NCBI GenBank assembly: GCA_963665095.1
Contig: OY762069.1
Coordinates: 4,480,001-4,544,000 of the forward strand
Source: an uncultured Desulfobacter sp.
GTDB lineage: Bacteria > Desulfobacterota > Desulfobacteria > Desulfobacterales > Desulfobacteraceae
Reading direction: 5' to 3'
DNA length: 64,000 nucleotides
The position numbers and the translations under genes are program-made. This document shows positions 62,501-64,000 of this stretch, piece by piece (the stretch's first letter is position 1; the number at the start of each line of letters is the position of its first letter). The notes below the pieces were generated by a model. The model worked only from the letters and a program-made list of their open reading frames with translations, did no database searches and had not been told where the DNA came from.

Positions 62501-63430
62501 CTGATCTGATTTTTTCCACTGGTCTATGGTGACCCCGTGGGCCTCCAAGGGAATGAACACCGGTGCATTGATCCGGGATAAGGTCTGTATGGTTTCCTCG
62601 GGATATCCTCTTAAAAAACGAAAGGAGAATCCGATCAGGGCATCCACCCGGGAGTTCCCCTTCTGATCCAGGAAACAGGACTCAAGGGATTTATGATAGG
62701 GTGGTTTCCCAAATGCCGGAAGGACATTGATGCCGTTTTTTTCAAGGGCTGCAATGATGCCGGCTTCCAGTTTGCCGTTTTCTTTCACGGCAGAGGACCT
62801 GAATGTGTGAATCCCCACCCAGAACCCCTTGTCCGTATAGTGGTTGGTATTTTTGTACCATTTCAGAAAGGTGTCATAATCTGTGAACAGATGGTCTGCA
62901 TCGGGATGGAAAATGCCCTTGTCCGGCAGGACAAAGGGTTTTGCATAGGGCATGCTGATCCCCTTGAACGACAACACCATGAAAATCAGATTTTTTAAAT
63001 TCGCCACTGTGGGCGGCTGGTAATAGACTTCCGTGCGTAAATCCGGAATAAATCCAATTTTTTTTAATTTATCTGCCAGGTAGCCGCAGCGCAGACTGTA
63101 GATCTGTGTATTTTTATTCTTAAGGACTGAAGAGAGAAAATCATCAGATTCCCGTTTCATGAAATCCGCCAGAATGATATCCGCGGTATTTACATCCTCC
63201 GTCCCCACCCGCTTATTCCGGATTTCCCGGTCCGTAAAAAACCTTAAACGGCACAGGCCTGCAACTTCAGGCATGGCTGACAGCTCCCTGATGGCCCTGG
63301 CCGTAACAATACTGTCCCGGGCACTGACGGTAAAAACAATGTCCAGTCTGTCCGGAGCACTGTGGACAAAGGATGGTAATAAAAGGCCTGAGACCAGCAG
63401 GCACAGCCCCAGAAGCCTAATCAATTTCAT
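59528..63430 (-). CDS. CobN/BchH-like chelatase subunit, paralogue 3 (exported, C-terminally anchored)
   Basis: SLGKHGTHEWLPGKQ, GEGIQAKRRG, RPRIDV, SGLFRD, FNPKWIEGM, CCEHTC; signal peptide MKLIRLLGLCLLVSG; GGAGG RBS. Confidence 0.92.
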   Translation of the reverse strand: MKLIRLLGLCLLVSGLLLPSFVHSAPDRLDIVFTVSARDSIVTARAIRELSAMPEVAGLCRLRFFTDREIRNKRVGTEDVNTADIILADFMKRESDDFLSSVLKNKNTQIYSLRCGYLADKLKKIGFIPDLRTEVYYQPPTVANLKNLIFMVLSFKGISMPYAKPFVLPDKGIFHPDADHLFTDYDTFLKWYKNTNHYTDKGFWVGIHTFRSSAVKENGKLEAGIIAALEKNGINVLPAFGKPPYHKSLESCFLDQKGNSRVDALIGFSFRFLRGYPEETIQTLSRINAPVFIPLEAHGVTIDQWKKSDQGISTLRTAWQVCIPEENGGIEPMVVGGKTSVRLKGMTDVLYDRVPLPDQIDYLVKRIQAWQNLKIKSNCDKKIAMLYWNHPPGKQNIGGSYMNCFRSIATIISRLKEEGYTIENKKLTEEMVKKRILSGARNVGSWAPGELDRLIANNSVVKISLPRYKAWFEELPPDFQRHVVEQWGTPESTDIMMKDKNFIIPCIRMGHLLLMPQPTRGFGEDPEKLYHDPKLFPHHQYIAFYLWLKKEFRADAVISLGKHGTHEWLPGKQIGLSITDPPDILLQDIPNIYPYIVDNVGEGIQAKRRGRGVIIDHLIPPLKKGGKYMEYRKLTALIDAYHGALKTDSALAAEKLSSVEALIKKLGIHNDLGINTFDHDTIEEVEHYILELQETMIPYGLHTFGVSPDGDALDDLAHAICDASPEIKLENMKVRLTACGGNELASLVKALNGGFIAAAEGNDPVRNPDAVPTGKNFYGFNIDKVPSKEAWSMGKQLADEMIATYREKHGVYPEKMGLILWSTELQRNEGASVAAVFHLLGITPVWDKKDQVVDIVPIPGQVLNRPRIDVLVQSSGLFRDSYAKLIKLMDRAVRMASDLKDVENFVAIHNQTIEAALLENGYAPEEARDLSRARVFAPMPGAYSHAMQELIPNSGVWENEKEIADVFIHHYSYAYGSRIWGKSLKSGYLSNLKDVKMTMHTRSSNVYNLLDNDDMFAFLGGLSLAVKQQTGAFPETVVAQMQDGKNVDIDDLPKAIGKALRTRYFNPKWIEGMKQEGYSGAKAMDEFVENLWGFQVTSPWAVDGKYWEEIHDVYVQDKYGEDLNDFFNKNNPWALQSITARMLEADRKDYWKAPEEMKKNIARTFAMNVIEKGVACCEHTCNNPMFQQYVTNYLSLAGLLTPKQMDAFKIALAKAAGKPLEERIASHKQARQGLEKVIKEIEQPENSQAQTKEKNIEGFEMVEEKAKETSVTSSGSAWQVMVIAAGILLLLFAGYKLTDV

Positions 63431-63776
63431 CGATCTTTTCCTCCGGTATATAGACAATCCTGCCGTTTTTCAGCTGGTAGGCCGTGCCCAGCCTGAAGCC
63501 TTCATCCCCGCCGATCTTATGATTTGTCACCTTCTTGACCTTGATCTCTTCTCCTTTTTTGGTGATGATCTGCCACTGCTCCTTCACCTTTTTCATGACA
63601 GTAATTTCACTGTCCGGATTGAAAAAATCCAGCACCTGGAAAGTGGACATCAGGGTGAGCAGCAATGCCACAATAAAGACAAGGGCCACATCAAAAAGAT
63701 TGGCAACACCGTTGAGCGGTTCTTCATGCCGGGACTTCAGCAGATGGTCGGACCGGCTGTTTTTTAAATAATTCAT
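63417..63776 (-). CDS. DUF2149 family protein, copy 3
   Basis: EPLNGVANLFDVALVF...GFRLGTAYQLKNGRIVYIP. Confidence 0.88.
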   Translation of the reverse strand: MNYLKNSRSDHLLKSRHEEPLNGVANLFDVALVFIVALLLTLMSTFQVLDFFNPDSEITVMKKVKEQWQIITKKGEEIKVKKVTNHKIGGDEGFRLGTAYQLKNGRIVYIPEEKIDEID

Positions 63777-64000
63777 GGCGCATCCGCAGGGTGTGGGCCT
63801 TTGGAAAGGCCGTTTGCCATGGCTTCGGTGATCAGGTTGATCCGGCGCATGTCTTCAAGCAACCACTGCTCTTTGACCACGGTAAAAAAATAGGCACTGA
63901 TGCCTAATGCTATGCCCACCACCGTGGTGGTAAAGGCCAGGATCAGGCTGGAGGATAACTGTGCCATGTTGCCCTGGGTCAGCCCGGCCAGGCCTGTGCC
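63773..64000 (-). CDS. MotA/TolQ/ExbB family protein, copy 3 (C-terminal part; 5-prime end outside the window)
   Basis: GTGLAGLTQGNMAQLSSSLILAFTTTVVG, identical to copy 2. Confidence 0.85.
   Translation of the reverse strand, partial: GTGLAGLTQGNMAQLSSSLILAFTTTVVGIALGISAYFFTVVKEQWLLEDMRRINLITEAMANGLSKGPHPADAP

Noticed and set aside
39971..63430. Naming these genes cobN (aerobic B12 synthesis) or bchH
   Set aside because: Export signals, membrane anchors, no cobST/chlID in the window and the presence of cbiK argue against the canonical role.

Overview
Chromosomal window from a sulfate-reducing deltaproteobacterium, most likely Desulfobacter (16S signatures). In order it holds: (i) assorted genes (rhomboid protease, stand-alone archaeal-type ThrRS editing domain, CsgG/PEGA protein, phytochelatin synthase); (ii) a crotonase/TRAP/twin CoA-transferase catabolic operon, divergent from a gene that the ORF track splits but that reads through an in-frame UGA (NAS-U-GSC, probable UGSC-type selenoprotein of 576 aa); (iii) a TetR-TolC-MFP-RND efflux operon; (iv) FmdE/molybdopterin-binding/MobB genes, a second TRAP system and an MMPL transporter; (v) a tRNA-less 16S-23S-5S rRNA operon followed by decayed tandem 5S-terminator repeats; (vi) a 29-kb minus-strand cluster with three exported, C-terminally anchored CobN/BchH-like chelatase paralogues. 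Each paralogue lies beside ExbB-like and DUF2149 genes (two also beside DUF2162). The cluster also has two TonB-dependent receptors, an exported BtuF-CbiZ fusion, an exported C-N hydrolase, a membrane polyferredoxin, a probable double-cubane Fe-S protein with its ATP-dependent activase, and CbiK; about 24 kb of it lies downstream of a cobalamin riboswitch. This cluster is the best candidate for an undescribed system (envelope corrinoid/tetrapyrrole dismantling and cobalt recovery). An ERIC-like hairpin repeat family occurs four times, once inside the rRNA spacer. All calls come from reading motifs by eye; no searches were run.
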